A stretch of 64,000 nt of DNA from Octopus vulgaris (lineage: Eukaryota). Location: assembly GCA_951406725.2 (NCBI GenBank), contig OX597814.1, positions 126,542,001 through 126,606,000 of the forward strand, written 5' to 3'. Positions 13,421-25,479 of this stretch are shown here, in pieces (position 1 is the first letter of the stretch; each line of letters starts with the position of its first letter). Under the pieces are notes generated by a model, which ran no database searches, was not told the origin of the DNA, and saw only the letters and a list, made by a program, of their open reading frames with translations. Made by a program: the position numbers and the translations under genes.

Positions 13421-13899
13421 CATTTGTGGGGTACAGAATTAAAGGTTTTGGTTAAGTCAAGATACATAACATCCTCCCATGCACCCAATAACTCTATAAA
13501 GTGGTTGGTATTAAAAAGGGTATCCAGCTGTAGAGACCATTCCAAAATAGACTATGGAACCTAGTGTGGCTCTTGGCCTTGCCAGCTCTGTCAAACTGTC
13601 CAACCCATGCCAGCATGGAAAACAGACATTAAAGGATGATCATGATAATGATAATATCTTAACAAGTGTGTGGTGGCAGGAGGAGGGGGTGCAGGTGTAC
13701 ACATGCATGTGTGTATACATGTATGTGTGTATGTGCACGACTGTGTGTGTGTATATGTGTGTATGTGCCAGTCGTGAATATATTTGAACATATACATGTA
13801 TGCATTTCTGTGTGTTTATATTTGTGTCTATTTTGTGTTAACAAGTGTATGCATGTAAGGGCACATGTGTATGTAAGTGCATGTGTATTCATGTGAAGT

Positions 13900-14045
13900 G
13901 CACATGTATATAGATATAGATATATATACATATATATATAGATAGATAGATATACATACATACCCACACATATATATATATATATGTAGGTATATATACA
14001 TACACACACACATATATATATAGAGAGAGATAGATAGATAGATAT

Positions 14046-14108
<63 letters not shown>

Positions 14109-14125
14109 GTATGTATGTATGTATG

Positions 14126-14173
<48 letters not shown>

Positions 14174-14389
14174 ATATATATATATATGTATGTATATATA
14201 TATATATATGTATGTATATATATATATATGTATGTATATATATATATATGTATGTATATATATATATATATGTATGTATATATATATATGTATGTATATA
14301 TATATATGTATGTATATATATATATGTATGTATATATATATATGTATGTATATATATATATGTATGTATATATATATATGTATGTATAT

Positions 14390-14423
<34 letters not shown>

Positions 14424-14500
14424 GTATATATATATATATGTATGTATATATATATATATGTATGTATATATATATATATGTATGTATATATATATATGTA

Positions 14501-14556
<56 letters not shown>

Positions 14557-14560
14557 ATAT
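13900..14560. repeat. Compound (TA)n/(TATG)n microsatellite
   Basis: Direct inspection; source of several spurious YI/HT ORFs. Confidence 0.95.
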
Positions 14561-14635
14561 GTCTGTGTAGATGGAATTGATGATTCTTCACAATGCTCTT
14601 CTTACCATTAATATAGTTTATACTTCATGTTTCAG

Positions 14636-14863
14636 TTACATGACCATGATCAATGGCAATGTTGTATTGTTCAAGGTCACAGACGCTGGATTACAGCAAA
14701 CTATACACTTTTATCGATGCCATCCATCCCATTTTCAATGACTACACTCTCCCTAGTAGCTCTGCTACTCTCATCTGCCATTCTAGTGGCTTTCATCACT
14801 TTAACTGTCTGCTTCAGTATTCGCAAGAGAAAAAAAACTGAAATAAAAGATCGAAGTATTTGA
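14636..14863 (+). CDS. Gene A terminal coding exon: end of second Ig domain, transmembrane helix, short basic tail
   Basis: Acceptor gtttcag|TTA is phase 0, matching the 9930 donor. LHDHDQWQC supplies the DxxxWxC strand of Ig2, followed by hydrophobic LSLVALLLSSAILVAFITLTVCF, stop-transfer RKRKK and a TGA stop. Confidence 0.85.
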   Translation, partial: LHDHDQWQCCIVQGHRRWITANYTLLSMPSIPFSMTTLSLVALLLSSAILVAFITLTVCFSIRKRKKTEIKDRSI

Positions 14864-14945
14864 AGAATTGGATGTCTTACTGATGACTTTTGTTCTTGAT
14901 AATAGTTGATGCAAATTTTAGGCAGATGAAGGAAACACGTGCACA

Positions 14946-14980
<35 letters not shown>

Positions 14981-16757
14981 CCATGGTTGTTATACTAATA
15001 ACAGGATTGACTCATCTCTTGAGTCTTCTAGTGAGCCATAGTAAAACCATATTGCATTGGCACTACATCTTGCTCCCATTGCTGCAGTAGCTGAGCCCAG
15101 GCATTCTCCATATTCTATCTCTATTGCCAGAGCAATAAGGAAGCAGTTGTAATTGGTAAAGAGGCAGACTGTTTATTTCCATAGTTGAATGCTTCACTTT
15201 TTTGTGTTCAAACTCTGCTAAAACTTTATTTTATTTTTTGCTTCCTTGTTTTGTCCTTTTTTTTTTTAGTTTTGTCAATTTTGTGTTTGTTGGAGGGCAC
15301 AGGTAAAGGTAAGAGTCGAGTCATGTAGACTTTTAAGGGTTGGTTTTCTGGTTTCATGGTATATATATTCCCCACCTGGACAGGATGCTGGTCTGTCACA
15401 GAATTACTCATTTTTGCCAGCTGAAGGGACTGGAGCAATGTGAAAAGAAGTGTTTGCTCAAAAACACAACATGGCACCTGGTACAGGAGTCAAAACCAAA
15501 ATCTTACAATCATAAGTCCGACACCCTAACCACTAAGCCACATGCCTCCACAGCAGGGTGCAAGTGGATCAACAGTTACCAGTTATATATTGTAGCGATA
15601 TCAGTTGTAGTTTGTGCATAGTCAAACAAGCAGTTAGATCAAACATGACAAGCTTTCTACACTGGAACCCCACTTTAGGCAAAACTGATTGAAGTAACTG
15701 AACTTTCCCAGGTGAAAAGAACAGCCATGTATGGTAGTGCTTGCATTTGGAAACTCATATTTATGAGGCAGCATACAGTCATTCAGGCTGCTCCAAACAG
15801 CAGCCAAATCTCCCTGTAATTCCCCCTTGCCATTTTAATAAAGACATGTTGGATAATATAGTTCCAGTCAAAGCATGACTGAAAGAAAGAAGTAAGCAGA
15901 CGGATGGACATGGTTAGAACATCTTTGATCATAGGTCTGATACAACCACAAGAAGAATAACAACTCTCCACACCCAAAATATATCTTAATGTACAATGTC
16001 ATAAAATACTTCTCACACATACATCATTATTATTAAGCCAAAGATACTCCTTAAGGGAATATTTGGATACACTACCAAGTCCCATAATCACTTGATGAGT
16101 TAACTCTCTTTTCAACCATACTCTAGTATCTTGTCACAGACACTGAGTACAGAATAGTAAATCTTGTCTATTCACCTGAAAATAATCTAAGCACAGCCAA
16201 TTCAGTTTTTGGCTGTGTTTTTGTTTAACTAAAGTGAAATGCTTGCAAAAGAGACATACATCCATTACGACTCTTTGGTATATTTCCCTGACTTTTAACT
16301 TTAATATATATCCTTATGTCAAAGATTCTCATTCATATTTATATTTCAAGAATAGGACCAGTGTGAAATTTTGTAAGGTTGTGAGCACTGCAAAACCTTA
16401 ACTGACTAACATATATAAATTCTTGATTCCAAACATGAAAGATTTTCTTTTAAGGATATTTCAAAAATAACAGTAGTAAGATATTAAGATAAATTAATAT
16501 CACAAAACTTTATTTGATTCATTTTCTCAAATGTATAATTAAAAAAATGAAAAATAAAAGTAACTGTTTACATCAAAATGCATTTTATTTTTAATTTTAA
16601 TCTTGAAGCAAAAATAGTTTTTAAATCATTACAAAATTTACTCTATACATTTAATTAACAAAAAATAGTTATAAAGTGAAATTATCAGTGGAATAATGTT
16701 AGGAATAAACAATATTTTGTTAAGAAAAAAATTTAAAACAATTTCTTTGATTTTTAC

Positions 16758-16825
16758 TTAGAAAAGTTTGTTAAATATTTCTTCCAGATCATTTTCTTTA
16801 GGTGTTCCTTTTGTGGTATGTAACG
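16758..16825 (-). CDS. Gene B terminal coding exon (LHTTKGTPKENDLEEIFNKLF*)
   Basis: tcttttcatcag|CG phase-1 acceptor matches the 23359 donor; TAA stop; AATAAA on the minus strand downstream (~16585 and ~16510). Confidence 0.75.
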
Positions 16826-18373
16826 CTGATGAAAAGATAAAATATATATACATAGTTAAATTTATAGAGATTATGTATAGCATATAAATATACTGGTTTC
16901 TTTCAATAATCAATACCAAATTAAGAAAATGCAGTCATTCATACAGATATTTGAAATACTTTTCTGATAACTTTTGTCGTTTGTATTTATGATAAATTCA
17001 TTCAAGGGGTTCCAGTCAGTTTTATATCATCAAAATATCTGCTTTAAATCAGATACTATGTTGGAAATAAACTTCAGAAATGTAATTTTTACAAAATTTT
17101 TACATTTTTGTAAGCTAGTCTAAATGAAAAGACAGAGAAAAGAGTGAAGCACATAGACAATGGAAGATTTTGACAGTTAAAAACTGAGTATTAAATGCAA
17201 AAAAGGACTCCTTATATGTGTAAAGTAAAATATAAATAATTTTATAGATAGTGATTTTAAGTTATACTGGTAGTTGACATTATCAGATTACAAAAGTACT
17301 CTACTCTGCTTACACTATTTATACATTGGAGTTTTTCAATGGCTAGATGTGATATGGGGTAAGCAGTACACATTTGAAATACATGGATTAGATTTTTAGA
17401 AGGTTGCAAACTACTTTACTTTGAAATGATGTACATAGTTAAATAGTTAAATAGGGGAGAAGAATGAGGGGGAGGGAATGGTTATTTTAAGGAGATACAT
17501 AAACTGTGTTTGTGTGTGTGTGTGTATGCATGTGCATGCACATATGTCATCTTCACAATTTTAACGTCCACATTTCCATGCTTGCATTGGTCAGATGGAA
17601 TTTGCTGAGGCAGATATTCTATGGTCACCTGTTCCCACACAAAGTAATATTTCCCCTTGGCCATATATACTTTTCACAAAACACTGAAAATTAAACAATG
17701 CCACTTGTATGACAACCATCACATGAAGCCAAGGCAAGGGTATATACACACACACACATTCATGCATGCACAATGGGTGGTTGGCCTGGGGCTATAGTAG
17801 AAGACACTTATCCAAGGTACCACACAAGGGATTGACCCTGAAATTAAATGGTTAGGAAACAAGCTTCTTGACAACATGATCAGCACTATTTATTGGGAAT
17901 ATTTCACACTAAAGACAAGCATATGGCAATACATAACAAGGTACAATAGCATACAGTTTGAGAAAATTCGAATTGTTCATTTGTTGTTGTTGGCAATGTT
18001 ATAATTTCTTCATAGATGTTGATGGTAATAGGGAATCTAATAGTTATTGTTATTGACAGAAACAGAAGTGGTAATAAGTGGAATGTCTATTTTCTTTTGC
18101 TAATAGTAGACATAAACATTCATATAAATGTAATAAAAATTAAAATTGATAAATGTATGAACGAAATAGTTGAATGTGTATATGTAAGTGCAGTAATTCT
18201 TAATGAATGCAGTCTGATTTATTTGTTCTGATATTCTGCCTCTACAGTAATACAAAGGATACATTTTAAAACTTGGCACATGCTGAGACAAATTAAGACA
18301 AGTTCCACAGCTGGGTAGCCAAATTCTTGTTTTTGTTATTGGTAGATATAATTTAGCACCAATAGTATTCTCT

Positions 18374-18605
18374 TTAACCCTTTTGTTACCAACCCTGCTG
18401 AAACTGGCTCTGGCTCTGAGTGCAAATGTCTTGTTTTCATAAGTTTTGAATTAAAATCTTCTACCAATTCACAATTAGTTACAATTCATGTTCCTAACAC
18501 TAGCTGAATGATTACTAAGTTATTTTACTAAATTCTTTGTTATATTTAAAGTAATTGAGAGAAACACAGAGCATCTCAAAATAAATACAATAACAAAAGG
18601 ATTAA
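18374..18605. mobile_element. piggyBac-like MITE
   Basis: TTAA-CCCTTTTGTTA ... TAACAAAAGGA-TTAA. Confidence 0.7.
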
Positions 18606-19014
18606 TGATTGTGGTCATTTTTCACTATGTTAATTGTGTGTTTTTTATTCATTCAGGCGTCATTTTTCCACACCAATACATTTTGAAGGCCTCATTGTTT
18701 CTGGGATTACCAGTTAAGACATATGATAACATTTTCAATACAGGACTGTTGTTTTGTTTTACTTGTCTTAGTATCTAGAAGCCAATTTTCACAGCGTATT
18801 CAATCTCATCACCTATTAAGGATGGTAAACAAGTTCATTCAAATCTCTGTAAGTTCTTCAAGTCATATATTATGGGTGTTTATTTGGGACAGTTGTGTAG
18901 GTAAAAAGTAAACTTTGCTTTGTGTCTGTGGGTATATGTCTTAATTAAATCACTGAATTTCATTATTGGAAAACCTAAAAATAATAGTTATTCTTGACTC
19001 CATTCCATTGTAAA

Positions 19015-19050
<36 letters not shown>

Positions 19051-19884
19051 GTTTAACATCTGCTTTCCATGCTAGCATGGGTTGGACAATTTTGACTGAG
19101 GGCTGGTGAACCAGATGTCTGCACCAGGCTCCAATCTTGATCTGGCAGAGTTTCTACAGCTGGATGCCCTTCCTAATGCCAACCACTCAGAGAGTGTAGT
19201 GGGTGCTTTTACGTGCCACCAGCGCGGGGCCAGTCAGGCAGTACTGGCAATGACCTCGCTCAAATCTTTTTACACATGCCACTGGCATAGGTGCCAGTAA
19301 GGTGACGCTGATGACGATCAAGCTTGAATGGTGCCCTTTTATGTGCCACCGGCACAGAAGCCACTTAGCCGCTCTGGCAACGATCACGTTCAGATGGTGC
19401 TCTTGGCACCCTACTAGCATGGGCACAAGTGCCAGTAAGGCGATGCTGGTAACGATCACACTTGAATGGTGCCTTTTATGTGCCACTGGCACGGAAGCCG
19501 GTTAGCCACTCTGTCAATGATCACACTCGTATGGTGCTCTTTGCACCCTGCTAGCACAGATAATGCTATAATTTATTCTATAAAGCAATATCTTAAATTT
19601 ACTTAACTTAATTTATCTATGCTTTCATTCCAAAGAATGAAGCAACTATCAAAAAAAATCTTTTTCAGCCCTGCCTTATATTAAGAATTTCCATATTTTT
19701 ATAATTCTTGTTCATTGTCATCCCCAAATATCCAATAGCTAATTTTGCATGTCAACCTGTTCCAGATTTTGGTCAGTAACAGTCAAAACATCAAACATAA
19801 AATAGTTATTTTGCAGAATTAAATTTTAATCTAGCAAATATTAGTTCTTCTGCTCATATATGTATATATGGAGATATACATACT

Positions 19885-20089
19885 CTTTTACTTGTTTCAG
19901 TCATTTGAGTGTGGCCATGCTGGAGCACCGCCTTTAGTCGAGCAAATCAACCTCAGGACTTATTCTTTGTAAGCCTCGTACTTATTCTATCGGTCTCTTT
20001 TGCCGAACCGCTAAGTTATGGTGACGTAAACACAGCAGCATTGGTTGTCTATTGATGTTGGGGGGACAAACATAGACACACAAATGTAT

Positions 20090-20127
<38 letters not shown>

Positions 20128-20290
20128 GACGGGCTTCTTTCTGTTTCCGTCTACCAAATCCACTCACAAGGCTTTGGTTGGCTCGAGGCTGTAGTAGAAG
20201 ACACTTGCCCAAGGCACCACACAGTGAGAGTGAACCTGGAACCATGTGATTTGTAAGCAAGCTACTTACCACACAGCCACTCCTATGCCT
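19885..20290 (-). mobile_element. tRNA-derived SINE family 1 copy
   Basis: Reverse-complement match to 57273-57720. Confidence 0.85.
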
Positions 20291-20454
20291 ATGCATATAT
20301 ATTTCTACATTAACAAACCTATCAACAGAACATATAGTACACATATTATGTATATACAGGCACATACATACATTGTCGCCATCATCCTCATCTAACATCT
20401 GCACACACATATACATACACAGACACATATACATACATATTAACAAATAGATAC

Positions 20455-20830
20455 ACAGAGGCCATCCGGATTCCCGTTTGCGCCGTGAACAGGAATTAAT
20501 CTTCTCTCTTCGCTCTTATACGCCATTTGGTCTCAACTCTCCCCCACTCCTCATCTAACCTCCCCCCCGACCCCTACTTCTCTTCAGTCCTTCATCCTTT
20601 CACCCCTACTCCTCTTCCCTTCTTCCCTCTCTCTCCCTCCCTCCTTCTTCCCTCTTTCTCTCTGCTCCCTCACTCCCCTTCTCTCTCTCTCCCCCTCTAT
20701 CCTCCCTCCTCCTCTCCCCTCCTCTTCTCCTCTCCTTCCTTCTCCCCCTTCCCCCTCCTCTTCTCCTCTTTCCTTCTCCCCTTTCTTTATTTCTGTAAAC
20801 CTGCCTTCGCCTTTTGTCTATTTTCATAAA
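20455..20830 (+). mobile_element. Penelope-like 3' fragment (GIY-YIG C-terminus) followed by a pyrimidine-rich tract
   Basis: Translates DSRLRREQELIFSLRSYTPFGLN, matching the E..I..L....P.GLN end motif of PLE endonucleases. Confidence 0.55.
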
Positions 20831-20838
20831 GCTTCCCG

Positions 20839-20894
<56 letters not shown>

Positions 20895-21206
20895 CAGTTG
20901 TCAAGCGATGGTGGGGGGACAAACACAGACACACAAACATATACACACACATACATATATACATATATACGACAGGCTTCTTTCAGTTTCCGTCTACCAA
21001 ATCCACTCACAAGGCATTGGTCGGCCCGAGGCTATAGCAGAAGACACTTGCCCAAGATGCCATGCAGTGGGACTGAACCCGGAACCATGTGGTTGGTAAG
21101 CAAGCTACTTACCACACAGCCACTCCTGCGCCTGTTTATATATGTTTATATATGTTTATATATTTGTTGTGCAAGATTTTTTATGTGAAATCGTGTGTTG
21201 AAACAG

Positions 21207-21625
21207 ATATTGTTGTATTTAGGAATGGTCATTTTGCCAGTTTAGCCAATAAAAACACACGCAATATATATTTGGTGTTAGTTTACTTCAGCGTTATTTA
21301 TTTTTTACATTAATCTTAATCTTATTTCGGCCAGAGTTCTTTCGTCACACTCCTGTGACCGCATCAGTGGTCCTTTGCTTATTTGTGTGTCTCAAATGTA
21401 TACAAAATGGTTGACGGTTAGTAAGGAGAGACACACAAATAAGAAAGAAGAAAGCAAAGGACCACTGATGCGGTCACAGGAGTGTGACGAAAGAACTCTG
21501 GCCGAAATAAGATTAAGATTAATGTAAAAAATAAATAACGCTGAAGCAAAGTAACACCAAATATATAATGCATGTGTTTTTATTGGCTAAACTGGCAAAA
21601 TGACCATTCCTAAATACAACAATAT
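21207..21625. repeat. Long inverted repeat (~190-bp arms, ~34-nt loop) with a hammerhead-like motif in each arm; probable inverted Penelope terminal repeat
   Basis: 21207-21393 is the near-perfect reverse complement of 21428-21625; CTGATGC-G-GTCACA-ggag-TGTGAC-GAAA at 21465-21492. Confidence 0.85.
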
Positions 21626-22186
21626 ATATTATATACACACACATATATATATATATTAGATAGTAAATCCCAACTGTTTCTTCTTGAAGCACATATGCTT
21701 ATTCCATTATTACAATCAATATGTATCCATAATTACTGTTGTATGTAAATCAAAATACACATTGAAATTGAGAATTATGGAAATATTATTTGCAAGAAAA
21801 CAAAACAGGAAAATGGAATTTTTTTAGTATTATTTATTCTCCATTACACAGTACATCTGAGTACTATAAACAATGAGTTCATTATTGTCTTTATTATTTG
21901 CTATCAGGAATTACATGAGATTTACATTTCTATATAACATGTAAATCTTTGTAATTCCTATTAGCAAATGAAATACATGTAATGGAGAATAAATAATACC
22001 CAAATATTTCTATTTTCCTCTTCTGTTATTTATATATATCATCATCATCATCATCATCATTTAATGTCTGCTTTCCATGCTTGTATGGGTTGGATGATTT
22101 GACTGAGGACTAGCGAACCAGATGGCTGCACCAGGCTCCAATCTGATCTGGCATATTTTATATATGTATATATATATTGTCAGTTG

Positions 22187-22226
<40 letters not shown>

Positions 22227-23358
22227 GTCAGTCGACATATATACATATTGTCAGTTGATCATATATCCCAAAAAGAAGCACATTCTAAATGTAAGAGCAG
22301 CAATGTATTTATAGGAAGTTACTTATATGGCCAGTCATAGAGTGACCAATGGTTCTGCATCCACAAAGTCACACACACACACATGTGGACACAGATACAC
22401 ACACGCATGCGCATGCACACACACACATGCACACATATACACAGAAACTTACAATGGGTTTCTTTTACTTTCTGTCCACCAGATTCACTCACAAGGTTTT
22501 GGTCAGTCTGGAGTTATAATAGAAGACATCCAAAGTGCTCTGCAGTGAGACTGAAACTAAATTTATGATGTTATGAAGTGAACTACTTGACTACACAACC
22601 ATGCCCGTTCCGATATACACACAGATATATGTGTGTGTGTGTGTGTGTGTATGTGTGTATGTATAGTAATTTTGTGCTTTGCTTAGATGTGATGCATAGC
22701 ACCAGAATTTTCATCTTGAGTTAAATACAATGAACTACTCTATATCATTATTAGAGTATCTGCACAAGTGGAACTAGGACAGGCTAATTTTGGCTGGCAT
22801 GAAGTTGTATAAATTGTGAGTCAACTCAAATAATAATGTTTTGAAAGCATTTATTCTGAAATGTATTAACCAAGGAAAGTCTTGCATAATGAGGTGTATT
22901 TCGTATTACATACCATGCAGATCTGAAATTTATGTATCAAATGCTTTCAGAATATCATTATTTAGTTTGACTTCATTACATTTGGCAATATACCATGTTT
23001 GTGAAGACTTGTCTAACCAAGTGAAAGTGTAGTTGTTGCTGATGCCAGTGTCACATAGCTAATACATAAAAAGCACCCATTGCACTCTTGGAGTGGTTGG
23101 CTTTAGGAAGGGCATCCGGCTGTAGCAATCTTGCCAAAACAGATTGGAACCTGGTGTGGCTCTCCAGCTTACCAGTTTCAGCCAAACCGTCTAACCCATG
23201 CCAGCATAGAAAGCAGATGCTAAATAATGATCATGATGATAATGATTATAATGTGAGTGTGTGTGCACATGCATATGTTAATCTGACCTTATTTTGTCAA
23301 TATTTGTCTAACTTTATATGTTTACTTCCATCCACTGAAATCAAAGATCCACACTTAC

Positions 23359-24630
23359 CTTCTTTATTTTCCAAACTTTCTTTCACTCCATCAATAACAG
23401 ATTCTTCACTTTCAATTGTTGCATTGTTAGCCATACCAGTTTCTGATTTCAGGATTTTCAGCATGCTTTCATCATTGTCAGTCTTCTCAACATTATCTCC
23501 AGCCTCAGTAACATGTGGTTTTAGTGTGCTAACAACATTTGATTCTACAATTCCACTATCTTTTATCTCATCTGTATTAACATTTGATTCTGTTGGGTTA
23601 ACTCTTGATCCTTGTGACAAAGTGTCATTTGATTCTACAATTCCATCAGCTTCTATCTCATCTGTATTAACAACATTTGATTCTGTTGGGTTAACTCTTG
23701 ATCCTTGTGACAAAGTGTCATTTGATTCTACAATTCCACCAGCTTCTATCTCATCTGTATTAACAACATTTGATTCTGTTGGGTTAACTCTTGATCCTTG
23801 TGACAAAGTATCATTTGATTCTACAATTTCACCAACTTTTATCTCATCTGTATTAACAACATTTGATTCTGTTGGGTTAACTCTTGATCCTTGTGACAAA
23901 GTATCATTTGATTCTACAATTCCATCAGCTTTTATCTCATCTGTATTAACAACATTTGATTCTGTTGGGTTAACTCTTGATCCTTGTGACAAAGTATCAT
24001 TTGATTCTACAATTTCACCAACTTTTATCTCATCTGTATTAACAACATTTGATTCTGTTAGGTTAACTCTTGATCCTTGTGACAAAGTATCATTTGATTC
24101 TACAATTTCACCAACTTTTATCTCATCTGTATTAACAACATTTGATTCTGTTAGGTTAACTCTTGATCCTTGTGACAAAGTATCATTTGATTCTACAATT
24201 CCATCAGCTTTTATCTCATCTGTATTAACAACCTTTGATTCTGTTGAGTTAACAACACTTGATCCTACTGACAAAGTAGCATTTGGCTTTTCTGCATTAA
24301 CATTTGCTATCATCGCATCAATATCACTTGATATTGTAACATTTGATTCTGCTAGCCCTGCCAGTGATTCAGCTACTTTTTCTTCTTTTTCAAATTCGAC
24401 TAATAATCCACTGAGAAGGTGTACATCATTTTTAATTTCACCTATTGTCTTTTTCTCTTCCTTAAAATTCTCCTCTTGTTTTTTCTTTTTGTCTTCTGAC
24501 AGGATTATACCGTCAACAGCACTTGTATTCTGATTTACACTAGCCCTATCAGCTACCTCAGTGTTATTTGATGTCTCATTTACACCAATTCCATTAGCGA
24601 TCCCAATTTTAGATGCAGCCAGGGCAGCAG
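23359..24630 (-). CDS. Gene B large exon: low-complexity acidic region with 31-aa tandem repeats
   Basis: atttcag|CT acceptor, GAAG|gtaagt donor, 1272 nt open phase 1-1; contains most of track ORF 23297..24313. Confidence 0.85.
23530..24290 (-). repeat. Coding tandem repeat, 93-bp unit (31 aa, IVESNDTLSQGSRVNPTESNVVNTDEIKADG), about 7-8 copies
   Basis: gattctacaatt recurs at 23541, 23631, 23724, 23817, 23910, 24003, 24096 and 24189. Confidence 0.95.
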
Positions 24631-25479
24631 CTGAAATTGTAAAATTATACTTAATTTATTACAAGATCATATATCTGTTTACTGATGTATGTATATATTT
24701 TTGCATAACTCTACTGAAAGACTGTGAATTTCTACATATAGACTGTATAATTATACAGAGAACAACAAAACAGACTGAATTTTTGTAAATGGATTATGTA
24801 GCTTAAGAAATAGACTGCATAGTTCTGGAGATAGACTGTTTAACAGAGCATCTAACTCTACAAATAGATTGTGTGAATTTGTACAGATAGCAAAATTGTC
24901 TTAAACATCAGAGATGTGGATTATGCAAAAATGCTTTCAATTTTTGCTTCTCCAACTTACCTCTGTTTCAAAAGTTACATCAAGCCATAACTTCTTAAGA
25001 TGTATGGCTTAAGGTTTTAAAGTTATGCTTTAGGGTTATGGTATAGGTTCAATGTTAGGCCTAAGATTTGCAGTTAGGGTGTAGGGTTAAATAAAGAGAA
25101 AGTGTATTTTTACAGCACCATGATTTCACTTGTTTCAGACATAAATATGAAGAAATTGTTAAAAATTAAATAGAATATAAACTCTGTCTCAAACATCGTA
25201 GTGTTCTCAATTTTTATTATTGCACATTATTTTATGAAATTTAACAATTTTAATAACATTATTTTAATCAATATATGAGCAAACTATTAAGTCTGGCCTG
25301 TATTTAAACCAAATATATTACAACTTCTGAAAATTGTGCTGATACTGAAAACTTATGAAATTATTATAAACCAATTTAATCAACTAACACAAATATTATA
25401 TCTATCAAAAATTCATTAGAATATTTGTAATCTTCTTGACCTGGAACAGAAAATATTCAAAAAACTTCAGTGTTCAGTT

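Noticed and set aside
13659-14611. Long YI/HT/VC ORFs (also 5492-5938, 28462-29310, 41972-42323, 59641-59952)
   Set aside because: Translations of dinucleotide and tetranucleotide microsatellites.
23297-23358. ORF-track stop at 23297 as the end of gene B
   Set aside because: A consensus donor GAAG|gtaagt at 23359/23358 and a phase-matched terminal exon at 16825 fit better, though read-through as an isoform is possible.
23088-24533. 481-aa plus-strand ORF
   Set aside because: Antisense shadow of the repeat exon; it begins inside an RTE-tail repeat, while the minus frame has matching splice sites and phases.
25005-25090. Interstitial telomere
   Set aside because: Only a few intact TTAGGG among degenerate hexamers; too short to indicate a fusion site.
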